A stretch of 64,000 bases of DNA from Utricularia gibba (taxonomy: Eukaryota; Plantae; Magnoliophyta), in NCBI GenBank assembly GCA_002189035.1, contig CM007989.1, forward strand, positions 1,922,001 to 1,986,000, read 5' to 3'. The notes under the pieces are model-generated. The model was not told the DNA's origin. It saw nothing but the letters and a program-made list of their open reading frames with translations, and searched no databases. Made by a program: the position numbers and the translations under genes. Numbering within the stretch: position 1 is the first letter of the stretch; the number at the start of each line of letters is the position of its first letter. Below are positions 26,725 through 39,031 of this stretch, piece after piece.

Positions 26725-27412
26725 GGAGCCAGAAAAGAAGCTCAATGAGTGGGTGACCTGTCAAAGAGTATTTTTATTTTTAAAATAAATTCGAAATGCA
26801 ATTTTAATTATAATTATTCATAAATTAATTCTCCATAAAAAAAGAAAACCGAAACCAGGTCCCCGGAGAGACGACTTGATTGTCAACGTCACAACCAACA
26901 TATTATATTTTTAAACTAATATTTTAATTAATAAAATGAAATTCATTACAAAAATGTAATGATTTATATTATACTTGTACGAATTATCTACTTTGAATAT
27001 TCTTCTTACAATTTTATGTTGTTTTCTTTTAGAAAAAAACTCAACGTAATATTAAAGAAGATTTCTGTATAAATTATACTTCTATTTCATTTCTAATAAA
27101 ATTCATCTAAATTAATTTTATTCTTCATTAGACCAGATAAATTAAAAGATTTATTTTAAATATAAATAATCTACTATAAAATTATTACAAATTATATTTT
27201 ATTACAAGCATCTAAAATTAATTCTTGAGAAAGGAAAGGAGAGCCTAAAATTAACGAGCAAAATACACTCTCAACAGTAGAGTGAGTGGCAGTGAGTGCG
27301 GTACAAAATGAAGAGTCCGTCGGAGGAAGGGACTTGGAATCTGGAAAACAGAGTTGCAGAGTACAAGATGATGCATCCATCGCTGCCTTGGCAGCCAAAA
27401 ATTGCAGCCGCT

Positions 27413-29274
27413 TCATGCACTTGGACGAGCTAGCGCCAGAAACGCAAGAGAAGCAATGAGCAAGCGTCCGACGGAGAGGGATGCTGCTGCTCCAACGGAT
27501 GGCTTTGACTGCTGGCTCATTGTTGAATTGGAAGCAGCCGTTCTGTTCATTCTGTGGAAAAGAAGAGCAACTTGGTTTGAGGCGAGTGTGTGGGCGTTAG
27601 TGGTGGCGAAGGAGGGAATGATCACAGCTTCTTTACTTACCCGAGCGTCATGTAGATGCAGTTTTCATAGCCTGCAGAGTGGCACAGCAATTATGTTTAG
27701 AAATTTTATGAAGGAATGCGATGATCAGAAGATTCATTCGGTACCCACTTGGATTCTGATTCGTCCTGTTTCCGGCTCCTCCGAAACTGCAGGCCACATC
27801 CGAAGCTCCATTCTGCTGGTAGTAGCTATTGAAGGCGTAGGATGCATGAGATGCGAGATTGTCAGGCTCAAAGCAGGGCTGCCGAGGCTGAATAGCAGTG
27901 CAGTCCACGTTTCCAGGGCCACATGCCCAGTCCAGGCCATTCCGGAGGTCAGCTTCTGAAGCTGATGTGGAAGCAATGCACCATGTTCCATTTGAGCTGG
28001 TGATGTTCGCATCAGGAGCCCTGGATATGGCTCCCCTTCCGGTGAAATCAAGATTATAGACGCTGGTCTGGTCTGGAAAAAACAGGCCCCAGTTCCTCTC
28101 AGAGTCCAAACCAGGCTTCCTGTTCTCGTTGAACAATGAGAAGATGTACATGTCCATTCCTTGATTTGGCTTAGCAGGAGTACCAGCATCATTCAAAACA
28201 TGGCGAATCAGATTCGTGTTGTATGTTTGTGCATTATCTGGAGTTGCAGCACTGTCTCTTGGCGACCCTTTTGAGGGCCATCCTGTCTCAGTGATCATAA
28301 TCTTGATAGTCCCAAAGTTCAAACCCGTGAGGGCATAGTTTATAGCATCAATCTGAGCATCCAACATGTTCGTGTACAGCAAACCGGTGTTGGGATCAAT
28401 CACTTCCGAAGAGGATTCAAACAGTGCGTAGTCAAGGGAAACGTTGTTAGAGGAATCAACAAGCGCAAAGTAGGGATACACATTTACCATAAACGGTGAG
28501 TCATTCTCAGCAAGAAACTCCAGCATGGGCCTCAGGAATAAAGCATGTTTACTATTGAAAGCCCCTGCAGAAGGTGGAAATGACCGGGACAAGACACCCA
28601 TAGAATGGGTGCTAGAAACTTTGATCTTCTCATGAAGACCAGCCTTCTTCAAAGCTGTGAAAACATTTTGCATCGCTGGAACTACCATCGCAGAAACATT
28701 ATTAGGTGCTTCAGTGACCTCAGCTCCAACACTAATGTATGTGATTTTTGTGGCAGGATAATACGGCAGAATGCTGTTTCTGAGCCATGTATCGGCATTA
28801 GACTGAAACTGAGACAATGGGAGCAAGTCCGAGTTGGGAATACCAACCAAGAGATCAATATCCGTGTTAGCAAATGCTTTGAGAACTTGGATGTTGGAGT
28901 CATATATCCTGACATGCTTTATATTGTGAAGTTGAATCAGCTGCACAACTTTGTCAGGTGTTGGAAGATCATCAGCATTTCTGCCATAGCATACTCCAAC
29001 ATTAGCACCACTGCATAAACCTGGCATCCCAAGAAATGAAATTAGAGGAAAAACATCTAGTCACAGTCGCTACTTTGGTACCCGAAGACCAAGAGAAGAT
29101 GGCATCAACAAAACTTGAACTTCACTCCAAAAAAATTCAAAGTTCATAACAGGACATTAACCCATAAACCTAACAGTACTTATTCTCATGTTCGACATTA
29201 AAGGGAAGGGGAAAACTTGTACCAGATAGCATCAAGAACTGAAAAGCAGCAATGACAACAAGAATTCCTTCCAT
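27413..29274 (-). CDS. Glucan endo-1,3-beta-glucosidase (GH17 + X8/CBM43), signal peptide and probable GPI-anchor signal; 4 exons
   Basis: Exon 1 (29274-29223) is a hydrophobic signal. The large exon 2 starts at 29020 and has VGVCYGRNADDLP, ISVGAEV, ITETGWPS, FSLFNENRKPG.SERNWGLF and X8 WCIA...LDWACG..DC...HASYAFNSYYQ. The C-terminus is Ser-rich with a hydrophobic tail. Confidence 0.95.
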
Positions 29275-30328
29275 TTGAACCACAGACACAGGGCTTCCAG
29301 CAAGAAGCAAAAGAACCCACGCTTCTCCAAGTTGTATGCGAACTTGGCTGCCCAAAACGCTAAAGTATACTTCTATCCACTAAAATAAGCAGGCAGACAG
29401 CATCGTCCAAAGCAGAAATGGGGTCTATGTCTTCCTCAACAATGGCGAAAAACAGGGAGCCTACAGCACAGAACACGATAAATGGACACTCTCAAAATTC
29501 GCTCTCCCACGAAGTATGTGTGCTCAAAGAAGCGAACACGAGCTCATCTTCTAGCCTGTACATTGGCAGATCAACTGAGGAGAGACCGGACCATCCACTG
29601 CATCAGCAAGCAGGCTCCGTAAGCTTTTACAGTAGCGGACGTGAGAGTATTTCATTCACTACATAATAAAAAGCCCCTCAATTCCGAATCTTTTTACCAT
29701 TTGTTTTATTTCCTCTTGTTTTCCGGCGGATGTCTGTTCCCGCAATTCCCGAATTTATTTAAACATTATATTTATTTATTCAATTTTAATTACATAAAAT
29801 TGTTAATAAATAAGGTTGGATTAATGTACACTAATTAGATTTGGGTTTGAGAGCAAATTATGAAATTTTTTAGTTTATCTTCAGTAGGATAGTATAATTA
29901 ATAATGTATTCGAGTTATTTAGAGTTTAGATAACTATTAATTATGTAGTTAAGATTAAAATTTATTTAATACATATGTATTTAAAATAATATTATATTAA
30001 ATGTATGTATTTAAAAAATACTTTATAATTTGAATTATTTAGCAAAACTTATCTAAAATTTGAGTTTTGAAACATCTAACTCAAAATGTTTTACATTAGA
30101 TTTTTAAATTAAGAAAGAATATTTGTTGATAAAAAAAACTTTTACATTAATTAAAACTGGGGAAAAATGCATTCTGAAATCAACGTAATGTGCATTTTGG
30201 GCAGTGAAATTTGGATGATGCACGTAATGTGGTGTGGAATACTAATTTTGCCAATAATCTAATTTATATAATATTTTCTGTATTTATTCAATAAAAGTTG
30301 GGCCGGATCGGGTCCGATGAGGAAAATG

Positions 30329-30377
30329 GCGCCAAATAGTTGGATGGTCCTTATGACACGTCAGCTTGCGCGCCAAA
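30329..30377 (-). promoter_or_regulatory. Two canonical E2F sites (TTTGGCGC) in the CDT1 promoter
   Basis: GCGCCAAA at 30329-30336 and 30370-30377 on the + strand match the TTTSSCGS consensus on the minus strand, 70-115 nt upstream of the CDT1 ATG. Confidence 0.75.
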
Positions 30378-30444
30378 ATGTGGTGAGGGGACGCGACTAT
30401 AAGCTCTTCCAACTTCCGGCGGTGTTTTCTGTGTGGCAGCAACC

Positions 30445-32903
30445 ATGGACGCCTGCAGCTCGTCGCCGTTGGGTTGTAGGAAATCAAAGAATTCGCGTGC
30501 TTCGGCCTCCGAAGTGGATCTGTTGAGCGTCAAAACCCCTGGGAAGACTCTAGATCTGCCGCGTTCTGTTACCCGACGGCGGGCGGCGCTTTCGATCAAG
30601 GATGTTAAACAGGAGGCGCTGAGACTTCAGGACAAGGCGACGTCTGGTCCTACAGCAAAAGCGCGATTGGAATTCGGGTCTTTAGGGGAACGAGTGCCTC
30701 CGATGCGGAAGAAGCGTGGCGATTCTGGGGCAGCCATTCCTGAAAAGTAAATGCTTTTTCGCTAATAGCAAGAATTTCGATTTTCTATGGGATCAAAATC
30801 TCGTGATTTCTTTTCCTCGACTCTGGCGCTTTCGAATTTCTAGTTGAATCATTCAGAACATTTTTTATTCCAGCGATGAAATTCCCTGATTTTGATTGCG
30901 AATCACTTTTTTTCCCTAAGGTATGAGTTGCTGGAGCGATTCTTCAACAGTTTGGATAGCTCGATTAGGTTACTTCAATTGAAAAGATACCCCACTACTT
31001 TCACCAGTGTCAGTACTCAAATCGAAAAACTGACAGACAGGTATTCAAGATCATCCCTGGTTTTTTACTATAATTTGCTTAACACACTTCTTTTCTTAAG
31101 TATTCAGAGACATCTTTGTTTGTGATTTAAATTTTTTCAGGAGGTTTACGTGTAGTCATTTAGCACAACTGATGTTTTTGATGCCAAAGGCCATTGTGGT
31201 AGAGAAAAGCCTTCAGCTTGATGAGCGGACTAGTTGCATGAAGCCTGAGCTTCGCATATGCTTGAATGCCGAAGCATTAGACACTAAAAATAATTCAACA
31301 TCTGAGAGTAGATATTTGCTCCTCAGGAGAGTCTTCCATGACAGACTTTTGGAGTTCGTGAATTCCCATCCAGAGGTACCTCTTCTTTCTTTTCCATATT
31401 GAGTGTCTGAACTGTTAGCCCAAATGCCGTTCTTGTTATTGCTTAAAGAAGGGCCCTTCCTGATTCCTAGTGTTTTATCCTTTTCAATGGTTGTAAAAGA
31501 AACACTTTCTTCGTTGAGTGTGATCAGTCTAGTGCTTTTGGTACATTGGAGATGAAGTAATTTTCTGTTTCGACAATTGATACATTCATTTAAATTTAGT
31601 AAGACATCACAGTTGAGCTTACTTCGCTCCATTCTTGATTAGACTTCCCAATCAAGTTTCCATTTGCTTTCAGGGAGATGATGTTCCTCAGGAAGAGCTT
31701 CCAGAACCCTTTTGTTGGTCACAGGAACGTGCAAATGAAGATCGCGCTCAATCTGATGTGGTTGCTGCATCTTCATTGTCTCCAGCAATGATTGAGCCAA
31801 CAGAAAATCCAGCCAGGGCATCACATATATCTTCCTCCTTCAAGAGACGCTTTTCTATGCGGGGCATATATACGGGGAATGAGTTTCCTGCGAGTCCATC
31901 AGGAAACAGAACCAGTGAAAATTCTCCGGCCAAACATTGCGTTGAACCTACAGTCATGGAAACCAGCTCCTCAAGTAAGGATGAAACTCCGGTGAAAAAT
32001 CTGCGTACAATGAATTATGAAGATCAACGCTCACTGAGTACTCCAGTGGAGTGTGCATCAATTTCTGCAAAGTTCATGAGTGCCACACCTGGACTTCACC
32101 AACTTAAGAGAAGTTGCATGAGCCCGGACGACGATGAGTCATTTAGATCACCTAGCAAACTAACCAGACGTCCACCAAAGAGGCCTTTGCGATTTGACAC
32201 TCCAGTGAAAAGTAAAGAAGTTGAGGATGAATCTGGTGGAAGTAGAAATACTTCTTCATACGCTGGCATCTTGGACATTCTCCCTGACTCCCTTGTGCAA
32301 TCCGTAAGTTGCAATTCATTTCTCTGACCCTGTCTACCAGTTTCTTGTGTGGATCTGTTAAACTTGCAAATGCCAGACTAAAGCATGCCTTGCCTTTGCT
32401 TTGCAGATACGAGAGAAGGAGAGATTGGCAACGATAGCACAGGATCCTGACATCTCGCGTGCAAAACTGCGGTCCCAGATGATTGCTGGCTTGCCCAAGC
32501 TCTTTGACACGATCCACTTCCTGTTTCAATCAATCAGAAGATCCGTAATGACTAAGAAGGAGCTAGTGCAAAATATAGTCTCCACCCGAATGGACACCCC
32601 TGACAAAAGTAGGCTTCTATATTTGTCAAAGCAGGCATGTGCCCATTCCCTCATTAAAAACTTTTCCGATCATGCTTTTCAGACGATGTCGAAGAGCAAC
32701 TCAGATTGCTCCAGGAAGTAGCTTCAGACTGGATCCACGAAAAGACGGCATCGAATGGAGATCTCCTTGTCTGGTTAGTTCCATCCCTTTTCAGGCATAA
32801 TTCTTGAATCGCCGTTCTCTTTAGCTGAGCTCCGCCGTGTTGCAGTGTTAACAAGGAGTCAAGCCCGGAGTCCGTAAGGCTGAGACTGTCCACGGCCAAG
32901 TGA
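30445..32903 (+). CDS. CDT1: DNA replication licensing factor CDT1-like, 7 exons
   Basis: Motifs: EKYELLERFFNSLDSSIRLL, RRFTCSHLAQL, LDERTSCMKPELRI, and C-terminal LPKLFDTIHFLFQS..RSVMTKKEL, VEEQLRLLQEVASDWI. The exons join in frame; stop TGA at 32901-32903. Confidence 0.92.
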
Positions 32904-33416
32904 GAGCTGGAGCATCTGATTCCTCGTGTATATCTCCCCATGTCGTATCAGAAGAAGCGGCGCTCATTTAGCATTGCATCTTCTGTTTGTTACACCCCCA
33001 TCCTCCTGGATTCAAAAATGGAATTAAGTGATCGGAAGAAACATAGCATTTTTGTATAATTATAATACTTCCAGAATATAATTAATCATGTAATTAAATT
33101 CAAAATTTTAAAATATGGTTGCATGTAGAAGAAAAGAGTATGTATAAAATCAATGTAGTTTATAATATACACTATTTCAATAACATTATCAGTAATGTGT
33201 AATTAAATAAAAAACAATATAAATATGAATACTGAGAATATTAAAATATTTAATTTGTTATTTAAATATAATAGTAGCATATGGGGTTTGAAGCTGGAAC
33301 TGGAAGGGTGGACAGGATTTGCCGTGTTATCTGTCTATCCCCAGGATCCTAATCAGGGAGCCAACAAAAGCAGCTGAACTCGATGTTCCCCGTTGCCATT
33401 TGAGTAGCAGGGAAAA

Positions 33417-34597
33417 ATGGCGGAAACTATAACTTCCTTCAGTCTTCTAAAACCGGGAATAACCAGCCACTGTGGTTCAATCGGAGCTACTACTGTTCCC
33501 GAATGCTATTCATTTTCCACAAGAGTGAGTGGTTGCCTTTACATGATTTCTCATGTGCGTGTATGCAGTGCATGTGTTTGGTGGTTTTCCAAGCTGAAAG
33601 ATACTTTCTCCTTGCTTGATCAAGGGAAGACCTTTTTCAACTTCGAGATGCGGCCAACGCTGGAAAAACCGGGTAAACCAAAAACCCAATAAGAACTTGG
33701 TGCATGCCTTTTACATATAATAGTGGGAGTAGCATGTGTTGTTTAGTGTATTGGCTGTTTATTAACCTCCAACCAAGTGTTCTGATGTTCAGTGTCTTGA
33801 AAGTCAAGCATCAGATTTTGTACGAGGCAAAAACATCGGTTTTTGGTGTATATGCCTTTATTTTTTTTTTCTTGCAGTTTGATTCTTTGATGAACCGGAG
33901 AGTCAGAGTAAATGCCCTCCCAGATTGGCCTCTGATGGCGGTTCTGGTTGAGCATGTAGAAGGACAAAGAGATATCATCACCCAGAAAACCATCTGGCAT
34001 CTCAGTGATCAAGCTATCAAGAATGTCTGTAAGTCTTGAGCCATCTTTTTCTATATAGTGATTCTTCAAATCTTACTGCAAGATTCTGATGCCGTGTGAA
34101 TGTGTCTCGACTAGATACATTCTACATAATGTTCACTTGCTGGGGTTGCTGTTTCTTTGGAGCCACAAAGGTACAACAACAGCTAGCTATCCCTGGTATT
34201 CATCCAGAGTCGTTTGGGACCATCTGCTTCCTTACTCATATATATTATGTTCAGGATCCGTATTATGATTCAGAGGATTACAGGAAGGATGGAGGAGATG
34301 GTTCGTACAACTGGATTTATGAAAAGGTTAGTTTTGCATGGATCACAATGTTGGACATATCGAAGCAGCCCAATCTGTGTTTATAGGCCTGTGTAACTCT
34401 TTTGATGGAGAGTTTTCTGATGAAGAGAATATGTGATTATTACTGTTTCTATATGCTACACAAAACAGCAAGATGACATAGAGGAACGATCAAGAGCAGA
34501 GCTGTGGAGGGAGGAGTTGATTGAAGAAATTGAGCAGAAAGTTGGAAGCCTTAAAGAGCTTGAAGAAGCTGTTGGAAGTAAAGAGCGTCTGAAGTAG
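33417..34597 (+). CDS. PNSB4: Photosynthetic NDH subcomplex B subunit 4 (PnsB4/NDF6), chloroplast
   Basis: Transit-peptide exon at 33417-33524. Motifs: LPDWPLMAVLVEHVEGQRDIIT, WHLSDQAIKNVYTFYIMFTCWGC, DPYYDSEDYRKDGGDG, RAELWREELIEEIEQKVG. The frame is intact. Confidence 0.93.
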
Positions 34598-35983
34598 ATT
34601 TTTCTGTAAGCTGCCCAATTATAGACTGAATTTGAAATGCATTGTACCTACCAACTCACAAGACAGAATGCTAAAGAAAAATTTCACAACACCATAGTGC
34701 ATTTTGTCTACCTCTAAAGTGCACATCAAGCTTCTAAAGGGAGTTTTACTATGATTTACTTATGAACTCAATTTGTGTTAGGGGTGAGCATTCCGTATGG
34801 AGTTAGGGAGTTGTGTATGTGACTTGGCTAGTGATGCATGGGTTTGTGTGGCTCCAAGATTGTTCCTTTGTATCTCTTCCAATGTGCAGAAAACCATGTT
34901 TTTTTTCCTGGCTCAAATTTCATATACTGCACTTTGTAAGAATCTACATGAATGTGAAGAGGTCACCGATTGCTCCAGTTAAAGCTCGGGCATTCTGGAC
35001 TGGTAAGGCACTCTTGACAGGGAACTGCTATCTTCCCTCTTGTTCGTATCCGTATTAAGCTGCGACTGATCAAGCTGATGGCTTAAGCTTTTCGAAATGC
35101 CTCCGTTTTTCCCTTCAAAACACATAAGATGTCGATGGGTCAAGATCAGCTTCAATGCCGGATCCCAACTGAACTGGTTCATGCACACTGCCCCAGCTGA
35201 CTTAACCTTTGGTTTGACTGGACTGGAAGTCACCGTCGCCTTGCAAGGTGCATCTTTGGAGGTCGTTGTCATTGTCAGCAGGAACTAGGAAAGATTGAAG
35301 GGATTCAAGTTGCAGCATATCAGGTACAGTTCGCCATAACTGCAGATGCCAAGGATTTCGACTAAGCAATCCGCTGACAGCACCAAGTTGTGATTTTTTA
35401 GTCTTGAATTCTCGTACAGGGATGGGATAACGGGAAGGCTTGCCAAAGAGGGATCTTTGGCAAAAAAAGGAGGGATCTTTTGTTCTTTCCCATATAGAAG
35501 CTTTGACGCCCTTCCATGATCCAAGATCTCGATCTGGCCTGGAGGACACACAAACACAGAACAAAAGAAGTAGGTTAGCAGCCCCATCGAAAGCGTTACT
35601 AATGATGGGCTGCCATGGTTAGTAGCTCCCGCCGGCCGGCGGAGTCGCCTCCTGGGAAGAGCTTGACATATTTCCGTACCACTGCAAGTTCACCTTCGGG
35701 TGTCCCCGGGTCCGACTCGTATTATTTATTTATTTTTACATTGTCATTCGATTTCTTTGATTAATTAATTAATAAATCGAATGAACATTTTAAATGGAAT
35801 ATTTATTTGCGTTAGGGTGTTTTTAATGAAATAAATCTGTGAATAAATAAAATAATGCAAGTTTTTATTAAATTAAATATCTCATTAACCCTAATCAGTA
35901 GATATACGTTGCCCTAGAGCGTCGGTCTTTGTGGTCATTGTTCAACCGTCCTCTTCTCCTCCGTTGAGGCCAGGGTTTTATTG

Positions 35984-35991
35984 TAGGGTTT
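35984..35991 (-). promoter_or_regulatory. Telo-box (AAACCCTA) just upstream of the NRP ATG
   Basis: TAGGGTTT on the + strand, about 40 nt before the ATG at 36030. Confidence 0.45.
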
Positions 35992-36029
35992 AGGCGTCTC
36001 AGCTGATTGGTGTAGCTTTTGGAGGGAAA

Positions 36030-38744
36030 ATGGTAGCCGATAAGGGGAAAAAGCAGAAGGTTGCAGGGGCGGAGGAAGCGAATAACGGCGAGGAGGACAT
36101 TGACACGGAGCTTGTCCTCTCTGTTGAAAAGCTACAGGACATACAAGATGAGCTTGAAAAGGCAAATTCCAACTCATTATGAATCCAATTGATTATTGCC
36201 TGGGATCATTTTTCCCCTCTTAGTTTCCTAGTTTTTTATCCCGTTTTCTTCAACACTGCAAACAGAAGACGTTTGTATTGTTGTTTAGTTATTGTATTTT
36301 TGAATCTTCGAATGCTGATTGTGCCTTCTTTGTTGTAAATTGAATTTGAGCGTGAACATGGATTGGGTGCGAGAATTAATAGGTTACACTGAATTTTAAA
36401 CGGTGAGCAATTATGGAGATTTATGCATTACTTAGTTCCTATTGTTCTTAAAGTTTTGGAAGTTTTCAACATTTATTCAACTAAAGAATTACTTGCATTT
36501 GCTAATTCCTTTCATTAGATTAATTGCATTCGAGAAATTGGTGCATGCCTTTGGTGTATTCCTATAGTAAAGTGAAACCCTGTGATGGAAAAATTGCGTT
36601 TTTTACATGCTTGGTGTGGTAACGATTGTTGTCAGAATCTTTGAAATTGGAGGTACAAATATCCTGAATTGGAGTTTTGGATATTTAGGTCGCTAGTTAG
36701 CCATTTTATTCAAGTTTTAGAAGCCCTGGGCTGTATTTTGTCCTTTTTCTTTCTTTAGACTAATTTTTTAACCCTTATCTTTTCTTTCCTTCCAGATTAA
36801 TGAAGAAGCAAGTGAAAAGGTCTTGGAAGTGGAGCAGAAGTACAATGAGATACGGAAACCTATATATGATAAGCGTAATGAAATCATCAATTCGATTCCT
36901 GATTTCTGGTTAACTGCGGTGAGTAAAATTTCCCCACTTCATTTTATTCTGCCAAGCTCATCCTAATTGCAGTTGTGATCCGTGGGGCTGGCATCTTCTT
37001 GTTTTCTGGAAGTTCATAGTATTTGGAAAAACCAGTAGGTTGTGGTGTTTGATGTTGGTTATACTAGTTTACCATGGTTGGGAGAGTTAGTGATGTGATT
37101 GTGAGATGTAGATGTGTTGAAAAAGTTTCTTCTATGAGCTGAGAGTGCCAATTACCAAAAGGTTATCTATTCTGAGATGTGTTATCTATTCTTTCAGTTT
37201 ATGAGTCATCCTGCCCTGAGTGAGCTCTTGAACGAAGAAGACCAAAAGGTTCCTTCTTTTCCTATTTATTGTATTTCTCAAATATTCTGTCTTCCTTGAG
37301 CTGCATAATTCCAATGAAGAACTGATGCTTAGATTTTTATTGATTTCTAATTTGTCATGCATGTGGAAAAAATATGATTTTGTTTCATTTTTTCCTTGGT
37401 TAGATTTTCAAGTACTTGAAGAACCTCGAGGTGGAAGATTGCAGAGATGTTAAATCTGGTTACTCAATCACATTTGTAAGCGTGTTACTTCTCCTAGGTT
37501 TCAGTTTCCACAAAATCACAACCCTATATGTCGTTTTACATGGCATTTCATAACTATTAATTAGTGTTAATTTTGCGTCTAGAACTTCAAAAGCAATCCA
37601 TTCTTTGAGAATGATAAGCTCACAAAAACCTTCACTTTCCTCGAGGAAGGAACAATGAAAATAAGTGCAACGTCAATAAAGTGGAAGGATGGAAAGGTAA
37701 TCTTCAACATAATTTTAGTGGCATCATCTCATGGCTTTATGTTTTCTTTCCGTCTCTGACCATGAAGGGGATTTCTAATGGTGTTGCTGAGCGGAAGAAT
37801 GGAAGTAAACGTTCTCATGCAGAAGAGAGGTTGGTTCCTTTTAATTTATGCTTTATCTTCTGTCTTTTTCCATAGGTTGAAACGAAATCCTCCTTGTAAC
37901 AATCTCCTCACTCATTTTATTGGCACAACACTCTTGCTGAAGCACAAACCAGTATTTCGCTTGCAGTATATTGTGCCAATAATTGTCTTCTAAAACTGTG
38001 GCTGTCCTTAGCATTTCTTGTTCTTCCACATTTTGATTTTGGGTAGATTTTTTATTAGCCTTATTGCAGTTCACACGTCTTTTTTTCTTGTCTTGTTTTA
38101 CACCATATAAATATATGCTGTCCAGATTGTTGCTTTACTATTTCAACAATTTTATTTGCAGTTTTTTCTCCTGGTTCAATGAAACCCAGCCTGGTGGCGA
38201 TATTGATGAAATTCAAGATGAGGTAATCATATTGGTTATCTTTGTAACTCTCATGGCATATTTGTGATTCAGGCTGGTGCTTGCTGGTGAGGTGTACACA
38301 AAATCTTATTTTTCTGTGCCAGGTAGCTGATATCATCAAGGATGATCTGTGGCCGAATCCTCTGACATATTTTAACAATGTAATAATGCACTCTCCCTTG
38401 CAGCGTTATCAGTTTTCCAGAAGTCAGTTCTGCTTTCTCATCCATTCTAACGCTTGCCTTTCGGATTAACCTGTTGCAGGAAGGCGATGAAGATGGCTTT
38501 GAGATGGACGATGACGATGAGGTCTGAAAGCCCCTGATAACTGTTGTGTCTGTGTTTACTTTGAAACAGTTGCATGTTCTGAAGCTCTGTAGATGGGAAG
38601 GAACAGTCTTGCACAGTTATAGCAACCAGTAGGATGATTATCCACTTTACTCTTCTGATGCAGGGCAAAGAGAGTGATGGATCAGATGATGATGATGACG
38701 AAGAAGAAGAAGAAGAAGAACAAGGCGAGGAAAATGACGACTAA
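36030..38744 (+). CDS. NRP: NAP1-related protein (SET/NRP histone chaperone), 10 exons, first intron GC-AG
   Basis: Motifs: [12 protein letters not shown]|[66 protein letters not shown], and an acidic D/E tail encoded partly by (GAA)n. Stop TAA at 38742-38744. Confidence 0.95.
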
Positions 38745-39019
38745 ACCCTGTTCCCTGTGATGCAATTTCGACTCAGCTATGAATGGTACACCTTTAGATC
38801 AGCGAGAGCGAGGTTCTCAACTGTTTGAGCCTTTGGTTTTGTCATTTGGATGAGGTTTCATCTTTGTTTATGACTCTACCGTTTATCTTCATCATCTTCC
38901 TACAAAGTATGTTGTTCTAACAAGGAGATCTGGCCTGCCCTTTTGTTGACAAACCGGCATAAAATATTTGCTCAGCAGTTATGGACAAGTTATTACCTCC
39001 ACTGTGCATTTAGTTGTCA

Positions 39020-39031
39020 CACGTGACGTCA
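39020..39031. promoter_or_regulatory. Overlapping G-box (CACGTG) and palindromic TGACGTCA upstream of the PYE-like gene
   Basis: CACGTGACGTCA read directly, in the spacer between NRP and the bHLH gene. Confidence 0.5.

Noticed and set aside
27402-29018. Plus-strand ORFs 27402-27959 (185 aa) and 28605-29018
   Set aside because: They are antisense to the GH17 exon; long antisense ORFs are expected opposite coding sequence.
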